64,000 nt of DNA, taken from the NCBI RefSeq assembly GCF_041956535.1, contig NW_027192194.1, positions 1,282,567-1,346,566 on the forward strand, in the 5' to 3' direction. This DNA is from Calcarisporiella thermophila CBS 279.70 (lineage: Eukaryota > Fungi > Calcarisporiellomycota). The notes below the pieces were generated by a model, which worked only from the letters and a program-made list of their open reading frames with translations, did no database searches and was not told the DNA's origin. Shown here piece by piece: positions 25,536-39,329 of this stretch. The stretch's first letter is position 1, and each line of letters opens with the position of its first letter. Position numbers and translations under genes: made by a program.

Positions 25536-28500
25536 TCATCTCTCGATGCACTCCATTTCTTCAAGCACCCTCTTCCAGGGTTTCGCAGTCCTCTTTTTCC
25601 TGAAACGATCCAAGCATCCGGTGAGTATTGGGAACAAGTACTTCTCAGAAAGGTAGGCAAACGCAAAATAGCCCACCACCGCCCCCAGGATTGCTCCGCG
25701 CCACGAGTACGGGGTGTCCACGACCTGCAAGAAGGCAAAGGCGTGCGTGGGGGACATGAGGATCGCTAGCGTCAAAAGGAAAACGAGTGCTGTGAACACA
25801 ACGTACGGCACATTGGTCCACATTGGTTTACGATATGGGGCTCCGACACTAAGCACGACCGCCAGCGAAATGTAGAGGAAGGAGCTGAAGTAGAAGAGGG
25901 AGGTGTTCTGGTAGTTTTCAATATTCTTCCCCTCCGGATCATACTCTGGGGGGGTATACCAGGGTTGAAGGGTCACAGTATAGTAGATGATGAGTTGGAA
26001 TACCATTTGGAGTACGGCCTGACCAATCATCGAGAGGAGGACGAGGGTGGAGACGAGGGAGGCCGTAGGGGGACGGGGGTCGATCCGGCGGTAAGCCCCG
26101 GTGCGTCCCATCAGCACGGCTAGAGGCAAGATGAGGAGCAAATCAATATAGAGGAATTGGAAGTCACCCAGGTCCGAGGCATAGTTGTAGAGCGAGATCG
26201 CGGTGGTGAATTGGATGACAGAATAGAGGGCCATGTACTTGAAGCAGCTGAAACTCGTCACCAAGGCGCATCGTCCTTCCCGAACTAGCTTGATGACGGA
26301 GCGAATGTCCATGGTGCGACTGGTAAAGGGAGCCGCGACAGATGCCTCGGCCTCAGAAAGAGAAAGCCCTGCATCGGCTGCCCGCAACGCTCCGCAGTCA
26401 TTGGCACCATCACCACAAAAGCCAACCACATAGCCCAAACACTGCAATAGCTGTACGAGTTGCTTCTTTTCGTCGGGTGACATCCGCGCGAATACCACCC
26501 CTTTTACAAGAACTCGATTCATAATGTTTCTATCAACATAGTTGATAAGGTGGTTAAACGCTTCGCCAGTTACTGCCAGATCGTAATCCAAAGACGCGCC
26601 CTTAATGGAATTCGTAGGACGAAGGGTGATGGGGTCTAGACGATCCATTGGATCTTTGGTATTTTCCCAGATCACCCCCTCACCCGGCGAGAGCTGGGAT
26701 ACATAGACCCGGCCCTGCGCAGGAAGCAATGAACAGCCACGAGCCACGCTGATGGCCGTCAGCACATTATCTCCTGTGCACATAACTTGTCGAATCTTGG
26801 CTGCGTGCAGCGTAGCCACTACGGGGGCAGTCTCTGGTTTGAGCTTGTTCTCAAAGATAACAAATCCAACAAATTCAAGGTCGCTTTCTGCTTCCTCGCG
26901 AGCCATTTGATGCGCAAGCGCCCAATTCACACGACCCTCCGATCCTTTTCCGGAGCCGTTCGCGAAATCAAGCGTCTTTACCCCCACTGCAATTACTCTA
27001 AATCCGCGGTGAGTGTAGTAGCCCAGCTCCTCGTCAAAATCCTCGGGGATGCCTCGGGTGCAGAGGCTACGTATCACCTCGGGCGCACCTTTAACATACA
27101 CGCTTAGCGATGATTCACCCAGACGCTTTGCGATAACACTCATGCGACGGAGCGAGGGGATGAACTCAAATCGACGGAGGACTGCGCATTCTACCGAACC
27201 CCACTCGACCGAATATTCGCCCCTTTTCTCTTTTGGAGGAGGTGATCTTACCACAGTGATGGCAACTTGAGATTGATCCTCTTCATCGGTCTTCATCACC
27301 TCTAATTCATCCATGACACCTCCTCTCGTTCCACTGTCATTATCGTTAGGTTGCACCACGTTTTCTTCCAGCGTCCAGCCGGTGAATTCAAACATACGAA
27401 GCTCGAGCGGATCTCCAATGAGCTGGTCGTCCACGTAAGAGAGCCCCTGACATGAGGCCATCGCGCATACTAGCTGATGGGCCGATTCCTTTTGCTTTTC
27501 CTTGGCAAGGCAGGTGCTCAAAGCATCCATATTGGCATGTAAATCAGAAAATTCGTTTTCTTCCGAGTCGACCAGCCGCACGCCCAGGATGTCAAGCCCA
27601 TCCTCAGTCAGGGTGCCCGTTTTGTCGAAGCAAAACATATCGACCTTGCCCACTGCGTTGATATGGTTTGGTGAGATACAGTAGATTTCTTTGCGACGAA
27701 GACGCCCGAGAGCAAAGTTGATCCCAACGGACATGGCCGCTGGCAGTGCAGGGGGGACAATAATGGTAATGAGATCCAGGGCGCGTAGGATCATGTCCTT
27801 CGTCGAATACTCGAGACGCACATAGAGATAGATGGATGCGGCGAAGCCACAAAGTGCTTATAAACAATAGAGTAGAAATAAACAACCGCTCCAATGGCCA
27901 CAGGCTGATACGCATATTTAATTATTACCTAGCACTGCTAAAACACCAAGGAATTTGAAGGAATCGCGGTAGAATTTGAAAACATTGGGGCGCGGAAGAA
28001 GCATAGAGCGAATTAGCGAGCCTTTGTTCGTATTAAACCCTATTATGTGAGGGAAATTAGGAAAATTAATATTTATATTCATATTCATGTTTGTATATCT
28101 ATAAAAAGAAGCGACTCCTAACCTGTTCTCACCACCAAGGCGAGAGCCCGTTGTTCTATCTGACCATTGCCAATGGCCTCCGAGACTCCCCGAGCACGCA
28201 CTATCCGGGTGCCTGAAAACAAAAAGTGTCGTGCCACATCGGGGGGAAGATTTCCAGTGGATAAGTCGAGTTTTTCCAGAGCTTGGTTGGACGCCGCTGT
28301 CTTTCCTACCGGTACGGATTCACCGGTGAGCATCGATTCGTTAACAATGCAGTCACCCGAGATAAGAATGCAATCGGCAGGAAACGTTTGCAAACGTGCC
28401 CCCGTAATGTCGATGATATCTCCAGGAACAAGTTCTTCCGACGAGGCAATCCTCCATTTTTTATCGCGAAGTATACTCACATCGCATAAAAGACGCGACA

Positions 28501-29679
28501 TTTCACGCATACGGCGATAGTTTCGACGGGTTTCAATAAGCGTGATAGTGATACTGACTACGGAGATAACAAAAATACAGCTTGCGTAATAATAATAGTC
28601 GTAAGCGCTCCATAGGCAGATGGAGAAGAGTTGGAAAATAAAGAAAGGGTGAAGGACCTAGTTTATGGATAAACCATTTGTTATTAGATTGAAAATCACC
28701 ACCATTGAGGCATGGAAATGCTCACCTCATTAATAAGAAGCGAAATGTTGGATTTTTCATGGATATCAATCTGGTTTTTGCCAAACACCAGCTTCCTTTC
28801 GGTATATTTCTCTTGCGATAAACCAATACGCAAAACCTTCAAGTCCGTCCACTCAATATCCTTCCACCCCCTATGAGAAAAACAAGTGCAAATGAATACT
28901 AAAACACTCCTATAGGGGAAAACGAGTGGGTGCGTTACCCATTTAAGAAGAAACGTCCAAGCTCTGGATGGTATATAAATCGAATATAGCGATAATCGAA
29001 ATATTTCAGTTGTGACATCGTCTGAGCCGCGTCAAGGACGGCATCTCCAGAAAAAGCAGAAGAAACTTTGCCATTAAAAGCGAACGAATTAATTTTTACG
29101 ATAGAAACTTCACCCCACTCGTTCTATTCCATCGGGTACGTCAGTGAGCCCCAAGAACAAAGAGATAAGATGGATATGACTGTGAACTTACTTTGATAAC
29201 AACATAGTCGGCTTCTCCAAGTGGAACTCTTCGCCCCGTCAACTTAATGTATAGCTTCGGCATCCATCGACCGAGTAAAAAAAGAATTCCCGCCGTGATA
29301 AGACAAAGGGTATAATAGAGGATAAGCAAAGGGAGAGAGAAGCGATAGCCATAGATCCATAACTAAACATTAAATATAAAAAATAATCAGAATTAGAAAT
29401 TAAATATGCTTCCCCAATCAGATAACAAGGGGAACTGGAATGCCGGATAGATGGCTTACTTTCAGCTCTTCCTCTTCCAGGTATGCCACCTGACATCCTG
29501 GCTCAATTAAGCCAATATTATCTATGTGGTCCAATACATTTAGTGAGGATTCCTCAATACACAAGCTCGCTTTTTAAATTGCTACCTAATTCCTCAACCT
29601 GCACATGTTCTAGTCTATAGTTTTTCTTTTCACCTATTTCAATGTAGGCATCATCGGTCTTATCGGGGGGAACACTCAT
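25536..29679 (-). CDS. YPK9: P5B-type P-type ATPase (Ypk9/ATP13A2-like, polyamine transport)
   Basis: LTGESVP, PPALP (P5B signature), FDKTGTLT, KGAPE, TGDN, GDGANDCGAL and FKYMALYS. Multi-exon; start inferred at 29679. Confidence 0.9.
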
Positions 29680-31274
29680 TTGCAACGGCGAGTTTGTGAG
29701 ACGAGAGACACACAGCAAAGGGAGAAAACCTTACAAAAACTGGAATAAAAAAACAAAAAAGCAAAACATTAACTGCATTCGTGGCGATAAATTCCCAAGT
29801 GACTTCTTTTTGGACCCTATTTAATGTTTGTATCGTGCCTTTGCGGCGCAGTTTACTCCCCTTTTCTCATACGATTTAGCCCCTGCATATAAACTTAATT
29901 TTCCCCTTCCGATAGCCTGCTTAGGACCCAGCAGCTACTAAATTGATCCCGAAATACGAAGCCAGGTCGAATGGTCTAGTGTTCTGATGATGCTTAGATG
30001 GAAATAAACATACGATGCTTCCAAAAGTGCTACGCATGACACCCATCAGCAGCTGAGTAAGTTGCACAATTCCATTTGATAACCGTCGCAGGCAATTTGC
30101 AACTGATAAGAAAACATCGTGATAATCAGAGCATTCTGTTCACGCCACTCTGACTAAAAAATAAACGTCGAGCACTCGGGGAAAAACTAATGGTTGTTAA
30201 CCTGAGGACCTGGTAATTGAGAATGCTTACGCACACACACATGAAACTATGATTGAACGCCACCATTCTATTATATGAACACAAAACTATGCGTGGATTA
30301 TATCCTGCAACATCCTGAATACGCAACACAACTGTGCAAAATGGAGGCATCTTTCCAGATGTTCAGATCCAATTTCGTAGGTTAATAGGGTCTACTTCTA
30401 CCTGTAATTTTCTGCATAGTCGATTTCAGATTGATTCACGGCTAGCAAAGATGAGAATTTCCAATATATACACAGCACTAAATAAAATATTCCAAACAAG
30501 TATTTAGAATCGATAGATTATACTCTACACTCGACATTTCAAAGTATATGATATTGAAGTAGAATAGAGGATTTGTATGCCAGCTTAGCCCATCAGTTTC
30601 TTGTTGAATAAAGCACTACTTGTAATCCCTATCATTCTGAGGGGTGTCTGTGGATTTGTTTTGTCCACCAATAATAATTAAGGTGGCTTATTAGGTTTTA
30701 GATAGGGTCTTAGTAAATTTTAATTGATCAAGAAATTCCATGTTAATACATTGATCGTGGGCTGGTCTCGAGTGTTAAGACCGGCGTTGAGGAAAAGGGG
30801 ACTGATGACGTGTCCAACCGTAAATAATTGCTAGAATCGTCTAGTTTGGAACAGGCCTATGCAAACCTTATGCCAGTAGAGATGGGGGTTTGTTGATATA
30901 TCAGGGCCCATGGTGATAAAAACATAAGAGAATCGATATCTGCAAACTACTCGATTTAGCATTGTATTATGAGCAGTTAGAATTGTCTAGAAATAATTGC
31001 CCCATTATCCTCTTACTTCTTTTGGGCGTGTCTTGCTTATCTTTTTACTTTCTTGTGAATTTCCTTGGCTTATTGATAATCCAAGCAAATAAAACTATGA
31101 CTTAAGTGCCTTGCCATATAACGAATGGTGAGCGAGTACCCATTTTCAATAATGTCGCACAAACCTTGACACCAATCCTGTGATATTCACAATAAAAAGA
31201 GGAAAGAGATTTCAAACGGATTACATTCTTCATTCTCCATTGTTTTCTAATCCAACCCATTACAAGATCTCATC

Positions 31275-32065
31275 ATGCGCTTATTTGCTCTGGTTAGCAT
31301 ATTAGCCATAGTCACTCCTTTCTCTTCCGCTTCCCCTTTTGTTCAGCGCGGGCTACTGGACAGCTTGGGAGGCGTCTTAAATAACGGTCCTATTTTGGGG
31401 GGCGAGAATGAGCGACAGGTAGGTTAAATTTCTCCTTGTAGAGCACTTTTTTTGCGTGGAAGTTCACCTGTCGAGTATTTTTTTTTTTTCGCCAATTCAA
31501 TTAGCCTACCGATACAATCTCAACTAAAACAAGGGAAAACCGTGGTTTGCTCGGCGATATTGTAGGAGAGGTTACCTCACGAGTCGGCGATATTTTCGAC
31601 CGACCTCTCGGGGCCAAAGAGACCAGAAAGCCTGCAACTGCTAGAACAACCTCCCTTTTGACTGCTACACCAGAAGGATCGCTTGTGCCTGCCACAACCT
31701 CTCTTCCTAGTGCGTCGAGTACCGTTACTTCAGGAATTTCTTCATTGCCGTCAAATTCGATGCCTCCATTGAATGCTACTGGCATTGCATCAAATTCGTC
31801 TATCTCTGCCCCTCCTACGTCCACTTCTCTTGTCCCTTCATCATCGCAAACACTCCCTTCACAAGCTCAACAGCAACCTGGAACTCCTCCAGAGGTGGTA
31901 CCGGATGTTGTGGTAGTCACTCGCACTGCGTCCCCACCTGCTGCATCAACCACACAATCTTCACTCTCATTGCTTAACAAATCGAGTGCTGGTGATCCGC
32001 TCGTTGGTTTCAACGTTAAGCTGGTGACTTTTATTGTGTTGAGTAGCTTAGCTGCATTGATGTGA
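31275..32065 (+). CDS. Secreted Ser/Thr/Pro-rich, probably GPI-anchored cell-surface protein, one intron
   Basis: Signal peptide MRLFALVSILAIVTPFSSA, S/T-rich body, and C-terminal NKSSAG followed by a hydrophobic tail. Confidence 0.75.
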
Positions 32066-33286
32066 GTATTACATTCATAGCTATTTTATGCATTCTCGGT
32101 TTTGTCCATTTATTTGAAAAAAATATCCCTTTTGAATATCCTTAAATATCCCAAATAAAATAAATGCTAAATCGATTCGAGTTAAAAATTTTGGTAAAGT
32201 AACCAGTGAATGACACGAGATTAGCAGGAAGGTTGAAAGTGATTATGTTACCATCCAAGCTCTGTACATCCCCCTAAGAGACCTTAATTGTCTTCGGAGT
32301 GCATTGGACATAAAAGTGGCTGATCGGGGTATACCAGAGGATTACAGAACAGAGAACATTCCAACCCCCAAGCTTAGGCGACTATTTTCTAGTGCGAGGT
32401 AACGGACCAAAGGTCACTACATTTTACACCCGCAGTCAAATGGATAGAGAATTATCCAGCTTAAAAAAAAACTAATGCGTCTAACTGCGATTACGGTAAA
32501 AGTTAAGAGGCTAGAGAGGAGTATGCGCTCCTATTTGATATCCAACGATTCATCACATTAATATGTTAAGAACAATTTGCGCTAGAACATTATATGGTTA
32601 TATGTTATTAGAATGTGCACCTGTTATCTAGGCTTGACTTTATATATACTCTATTTATTACAAATGCTATTGATATAATTTAATTCAATCAATGCAATCG
32701 AATGTACTATCATAAATATCTTATTTTTCAATTCAATAACTGCATTTCTCAAGTACACTTAAACGTAGTAGTCTTGAAAAAGCACTCGTCGGGGTACTGA
32801 ATTGATGTCTGTAAAATATCCAATATTTTTGCTTCAACTATATTAGTTAAATGTGCCCTCTTTTATTGTTATAAACACTTCAGCTATGAAATACTTGTGG
32901 TATTTTTTTGAGAAGTGGGAGCATATTACATGTCCTAAATTTGCGAAGTCTAAAATGGATAACGTACTGTTTAAAGAGAAAATTTTAAAACCGACGATCA
33001 GAACTTGGCATGTGAAGAAGCTTAAAAAATTTTCCGTAATGACTAAAACCCATTCTTCATTATGAATCTAAAGGTAATCTCTGATGTTTTTATCCTGCAG
33101 CCTATCTCTATTATATCAATATATTTAATTATTAATGAACAATATGTATGACATGGCTGGTACGACATGAAGATAGAGATGGCGTGTTAAACTCATAAAT
33201 TCGAATTAGCTTGGCAGAGTGTATTTAAAGTGCAGTCAAAATTGGACTATTTAAATTAACTTTACTATTAATAAATTTATATCAAC

Positions 33287-34752
33287 ATGATAGAAATGTC
33301 TATTCCACGTACAAAACTCGGTATTATTAACGAAGAGATATCTGCCATTGGTAATTTATCTTTTATATATATGATTTTATAATTTCTCCTCAACATCCAT
33401 ATCTATTTAATCAGGACTCGGATGTATGTCCATGTCTCCAGTCTACGGAGCGTCTGTGGACGACGAACACAGTGTCCAAACCTTAAATCATGCACTTGAT
33501 CTCGGTCTTAACTTTTGGGATACAGCAGGTGAATTTTCTCACAAGTTTCAAAAGATGTTACTACAACAATTGGAAAGAATGCCGAACAATTCCGAACTTA
33601 TATATTTTTCTCTACATTAAGATATCTATGGGATTGGCCATAACGAGGAGCTTATTTCTCGTGTACTCAAAGACAGACGTAAAGAAGTGTTTTTGTGCAC
33701 TAAGTTTGGCATTCGCGCAGGTCCCGAGGGGATTACTATTTGCGGCACCCCAGACTATGTAAGAGAAGCCTGTGAAAAGTCACTAGAAAGACTTGGAGTT
33801 GAGTGCATAGATTTGTATTATCAACATCGAGTTGATAAGAACACGTAATTGTGCTGCTTAAATTGATATAGAGTTGGCGATTGTATTAAAATACATATTC
33901 TTTTGTTTAGTCCAATTGAAGTTACGGTAGGTGCAATGGCCGAGCTGGTAAAAGAAGGGAAAGTACGTTACTTAGGGTTATCAGAATGTAGCGCTGAAAC
34001 CCTAAGGCGTGCTCACAAGGTACATCCGATTGCTGCTGTACAAGTGGAGTATTGAAAGTTTATATCCCGCAAATCCACTTTTATTTAAGTGAGCAATGAG
34101 GGATGGAGTAGTCGATATTATTATATTATAACACTCACTTATTCTAATAGCTCTCTGGACCACCGATATTGAAACAAACGGTCTACTTAAGGCTTGTCGT
34201 GAACTTGGAGTTACAGTAATAGCATATTCCCCTCTCGGGCGCGGCTTTCTTACTGGATCGATAAAAAATGCCAGTGAGCTAGATGGCGGAGACTATCGTC
34301 GTACTATCCCAAGGTTCCAAGGCGAGAATTTAGATAAAAATCTGGATATCGCCCAAAAGATAGAGAAAATAGCAGAGAGGAAAAAATGTACACCTGCTCA
34401 GCTATGTATTGCTTGGGTATTAGCACAGGTATACCACCCTTTCCAGTTCAATGCATGCAAGATGGGTTGTATAGCTCACATTGGTTTATTTATTTTAGGG
34501 TAAAGATATTATTCCTATTCCAGGAACAAGGCGCGTAATTCGACTTGAGGAGAATGTGGTAAGTGTTAATTGCATTTTTATTTCGAAACTCGAGACCAAA
34601 CTTATTCATTTATTTGTCATTTACTTTGTTAGAATTCTATCAATATCCTACTAACTCAAGAAGAACTCGAAGAGATCCGAAATTTGATAAAGAGTTTCAA
34701 TATTCAAGGAGACAGATATTTCAAGAGAGAGATGGAATATATCAATTGTTAA
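33287..34752 (+). CDS. Aldo-keto reductase (YakC/AKR13-like), multi-exon; one intron has a GA donor
   Basis: [14 protein letters not shown]|[39 protein letters not shown] and IPIPGT. Confidence 0.88.
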
Positions 34753-35726
34753 GAACATTGAGCCGAAGATTCTGACCCTATCTCCATAAACTTATTTTCT
34801 TATATTTTAAATATGATCTCTACCATTCGTCGTTTTACTTTCTCTTCTTGCTTAAAGCCTCTTGCTCCTTGCTGTTTTACTTGAGATTCTTATTATCGGA
34901 ATTATTTTGCATATTCAAGTCATTCTTAATAAACCAGTGCAATTGATATTTAAAAATGCTACACACTTATTTATGTTTGATATGATTCTCGAATAATCAT
35001 CTACTCTGAGTGGCGCCGAGAGATAATATGGCAATAATTCATTTTCCAGCAAACTGGTTATGCATCATCTCGAACCATTAATATCCGATCAACCCAAAAC
35101 CCCATTTAACAGAATTTATCTGAATGGGATATTATTACCATACTGTAGTAACTATCTGATTAGGTATCAGGTAATTTTGTTCCAACTACACACATATAGC
35201 TGAATCTCATAAGGTGATTAAACAAAGAGGTTCATTTAGTGAATGATCTGTAGTCGTTTTCCAGTTCATCATTAATGAAAAATGCCAGCAACAAGAAGCA
35301 TAAAAAGAAACCTGGTAATTAGGATTATATCGTATAGGTTAGCTGCGAGAGTGGTGTGCCACAGTGCATTCTGATTTAGCAGCATCTTGACGTTTATAAT
35401 TAAAATATCCCCCTTCAGATAGTTATAAATATCCCATTTATTAATTACACTTTCAAGGGGAAAAGATAACGTTTGTGAAAGGGGGATTATATTTTAAAAA
35501 AATCTAATCGTTATATACATTTACATTTCTCCAGGTTTTGTACAATTGTTTCTTTTTTTTTCTTTTCCTTTGGTGTTTTATACATCCCTCCTCCATTTGT
35601 TCGTATATATTTCAACATTTTTTTCTTTTTGTTTTTTTTTTTTTTACTTTTTTTTGTTTTTACATCAAAAGCTGTTATTTTTCACAATCACTTCCCTATG
35701 CTTATCAAAGTTGTATTTCTACTTAA

Positions 35727-37280
35727 ATGGTGTATATAAACGGGGTCAAATTCGCATGTGGGACATGTATTAAGGTAGATTCTCGGTTCTGGGGTGTCAT
35801 CTTTATTCACTTAGTAGATTTTACATTTTTATTCTCTCCAAAAGGGGCATCGTTCCTCACAATGCCATCATAGCGATCGCCCGCTCTACGAAATACGAAA
35901 GAAAGGTCGCCCCGTAAGCCAATGCTCTCAATGCCGTGAGCTTCGCAAAACTCGTCATGCCCACGTCAAATGTCTCTGCGATAAGAGTAAAGAGGAGAGT
36001 GTAGAAAAGAAGCCAAGTGTATTACCAAATGGAATTATTGACTTGGTGGGATCGCGCAGCGATGACTCGGTGGAAAGACAACGAGGTAAAGCTTCGATCT
36101 CAAAAGCTCTCTTAATTTATTATAATAAATTTTCGTCGCGATAGTCGAATCATTGCTGAATCCATGCAATTGCACAAGAGGAGGGAAATGTATATGTTGT
36201 GAGCCGATCTCAGACGTTTACAAAGCTGCTTTCGAGGCGCTTGCCAACAATTCACTAGTGGCAGCGGCGGTGCAGTCCCATTCGGCAGATGCTGCCACGA
36301 ATTCTGCACCCAATCCCTTTCTTCCATTACTTCCCACAAGCGGTTCCTTGCCTGTTAATATCGATCAGCATTCTCATATATCAGCTCTTGGTTCCAATGC
36401 ACAGTCTCTTCTTTCTCAGCCTAATTTCTCGTTAAATACACCCACTCAACACCGTGCCGTATATGTACCAGCCGACTCAAATCCTTCGCCAATTTCACAC
36501 CTTCCCTCTCAACATGGAACTCTTCCAAGCATCACTATTCCGCAAACGATGGACGATGACGATGTTGCTCAAAGAAATACAAAATTTGCACCCCTCCCAC
36601 TGCATGAAGCTCCGCTAAACGATGTCTTTGGAGACTTAAACCAACTGCGAAATGAAGCGTTGATGCGCCTAATATATTCCGGGTATGCGAATGCCAGCGG
36701 TAGCGGAGGGTGCTGTGGTTCCGCAGGAGGAGGAAGAATATCAGCATGTCGATGTGGGCCAGCATGTGTTTGCTCGGGGTGCAATTCTGAGAAAGTAGAA
36801 CTTCCTTCGCCTGCTGGGATCGAGGGGAAAGTATCGATCCCCTCGAATCCATCAACACCGAAATCTTGCTGCGGTAATAATAGCTCACCGACTGCCACCA
36901 CTGTGGTTTCCAATTCTTCAGCTTCTGCTTCAAAAACGTGCGATACAGGCAAATATAATACATATGGGAATGGGGGGAGGTGCTGTGCAAGTGAAAAAGA
37001 GTATGGCGACTCAAATTGCAGTTACGAAAACTTGACTTCCTCAAACAATGGTGGGTGCTGCAACAGCAGGAATCAAGCTATAGCGATACCCGCATCTGTG
37101 CCACAGGAAACAGCTTCGCTTCAATCGCAGCTATTCCAGCCACGGCGTCGCCACCAGGTAACAATGGACGACAACGGGGTTCTTGTTTGTGCCTGTGGAT
37201 GCCGTAAACCGCAGATGGAATGCGGGACTTGTGTAGCAGATCTATGTGAGGAGCTCCTGTTAAAGCAGCCGCCATCATGA
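35727..37280 (+). CDS. Copper-fist transcription factor (Ace1/Mac1/Haa1 family) with Cys-rich C-terminal clusters
   Basis: MVYINGVKFACGTCIK|GHRSSQCHHSDRPLYEIRKKGRPVSQCSQCR...HVKCLC is the copper-fist DNA-binding domain. Downstream CxC/CC clusters include CNCTRGGKCICC and CRCGPACVCSGC. Confidence 0.9.
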
Positions 37281-38336
37281 ACGCCCTTTCATCTCTATTT
37301 ATCTCTTCGCTCTTCATGTTACTATTTATACCTTTACTTTGGGCCGTCGATTCGATCATTTTTTTAAGGTTAAACAACCTAAATCCTTTTTACTTTTTAA
37401 TTTTTTTTTTCCTTTTTGACAGATTATCTTCATACTAATATAAATTCTTATATTTATGTGACAACATGTATAATTTAGAAAATATTATTCATTTTAGAGA
37501 TTACTTCTTGACTAGAGAAAAGAGTTCTGATGGCAAAACAATTAATAACTAAAGCTTTTCATCGTACCTAAATTCTACTCGACACTTCGTAATAGTGATT
37601 GTGTACCTGGGTCTATGCGATATAACGACAAATATTCGATAATTGTCGCTTGCATATATCCGATGTATTGACATTGATTAGAATATTATTCATTATTAAT
37701 TGGTTACTGTACAATTCACTTGGGATTCCCACTTGAATGCTGAGTCAACAGAAGATTAAATAAGAAGAAGCACCATAATGCTTTAACCTTAGGATGGGAT
37801 CTGTCCACTTTGGGTTCCCCACCTTGAATAGGATCGATTAGATATCAATGTTCCCAAAGCCTCCTAATAATCGACTCTCTTGTCATTCCTTCCACTTTGT
37901 CCAATATAAACCGGAATTTTGTTTTAACCAATACTCCTATGGAAAGGGATGGCGGAATTCAAAAGGTCAAAACTTAGTATGGTTTATTTTTTTGCTCGAG
38001 TAACACAATTACATATATTAGTGGGTAAGCTCTTGGTATAAGCTCTCGCAGTTACCATTTTTATATCCGAAAACTTTTTTTCTCATCTTAACCTTTCCCT
38101 TGTTGCCGCCAGGGTTCGCTTCATCTGCATATCGTAGCTGTCGTTTAATCCTTCTGCTTGCAATTTGATCACTGAGACGTCAGTACCGTTTCCCCTTCTA
38201 GCTCAATTTGAACTTGCAAGCTGCTACTCACATATGTTTTCTTAACCTGTCTTCCTTATTTCCTCACTTTTTCATGCCACACTTTACTTCTATTCCCAGT
38301 CCTTTCTAATCAATACCAACCTAAAAAATATATACC

Positions 38337-39329
38337 ATGCTGATATCGCCTGCACATATAGTCATAAATGTGCTTTCTGCGCTTGGTGGCCTCTTGATGA
38401 TGATGATTGTCGTCTGGTTCCGATTTACCCAGCCTGATATTGCAAAAACAATGTCCTTTAGGCTCTCATTTTGGATTGGATTCGTAGATATGCTCTGGCG
38501 CACTGAGTATATCCTTGAGTACTCTGATGAAATCACTCATCCTCTCGCAGGACAACACCACTGGTTCATTCGTTTGCTCGCATTTGCGCGGGTTTTCCTT
38601 AGGGTGTGGGGTGTGCTGTTAGTTTTCTGTGTAGCATTTGACTTGCATCTCTCTTTTATACGTCAACGCCCTGCTACAAGAAGGCTTCAGCGCTTTTATA
38701 CTCCTATCTCATTCCTGATCGCATTTTGTGTTAATATTCCATGGCTAGTTGAGAGGAGGTTGGATTATATAACAAAGTGGGAAACAATTGTTCCTGGTTG
38801 GGATCGACAGGAATCCTATTTAATCATGACCTTTGGAGTGACGATTTGGATCGTAATCACTATTTTATATTCAACAGTAGTAGTAGTTATGGTGCTCTTA
38901 CGAGTTTTAACCGAGTCAAGGAAATTGAGGAAGGTGCAAAACGTAACAGAAGACTTACGGATGAGAGAACATCAGCTAATAACATCTGTCCTGCGGGTTT
39001 TGCTATACCCAGTGGTGTTGATTATCACTCAGCCAACTGGCGTAATTCTTGATTGGATTTTCATCACAACCACAGATTCTGATTCTCCTTCACTTAAAAC
39101 CCTTGTCGACATTGATGCAGTACTCTTAGGTCTTATCGGGATCCTCAACTTGATTGTCTTTCTTCTTAATCCTGCATTGCATCGTGGATTGGAGCTAGTC
39201 CCATGGCTCAACAAACGATGGCCATTCAAACCCGATCCTAGGAACATCGAATACTATCCAAATACTTCACCAAATAAACCACCATTGATATCTAATCCCG
39301 ATGATCTCTCAGGAGAGGAGCAAGAATAA
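38337..39329 (+). CDS. Intronless 7-TM GPCR-like receptor, paralogue B
   Basis: Colinear with paralogue A over its length: EYILEYS.EI..PLA.QHHWF.RLLAFARVFLRVW, YTPISFLIAFCVN and LLYPVVLIITQPTG. Confidence 0.82.
   Translation: MLISPAHIVINVLSALGGLLMMMIVVWFRFTQPDIAKTMSFRLSFWIGFVDMLWRTEYILEYSDEITHPLAGQHHWFIRLLAFARVFLRVWGVLLVFCVAFDLHLSFIRQRPATRRLQRFYTPISFLIAFCVNIPWLVERRLDYITKWETIVPGWDRQESYLIMTFGVTIWIVITILYSTVVVVMVLLRVLTESRKLRKVQNVTEDLRMREHQLITSVLRVLLYPVVLIITQPTGVILDWIFITTTDSDSPSLKTLVDIDAVLLGLIGILNLIVFLLNPALHRGLELVPWLNKRWPFKPDPRNIEYYPNTSPNKPPLISNPDDLSGEEQE

Noticed and set aside
29984-30057. Possible C/D-box snoRNA (tgatga ... ctga about 70 nt apart)
   Set aside because: No terminal stem or verifiable rRNA guide, and such short boxes occur by chance. 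A snoscan or Infernal search would be needed.
35538-35726. Phe-rich ORFs upstream of the copper-fist gene (also 39753-40121 and 13683-13886)
   Set aside because: Translations of poly-T/poly-A UTR, intron or promoter tracts, not real proteins.
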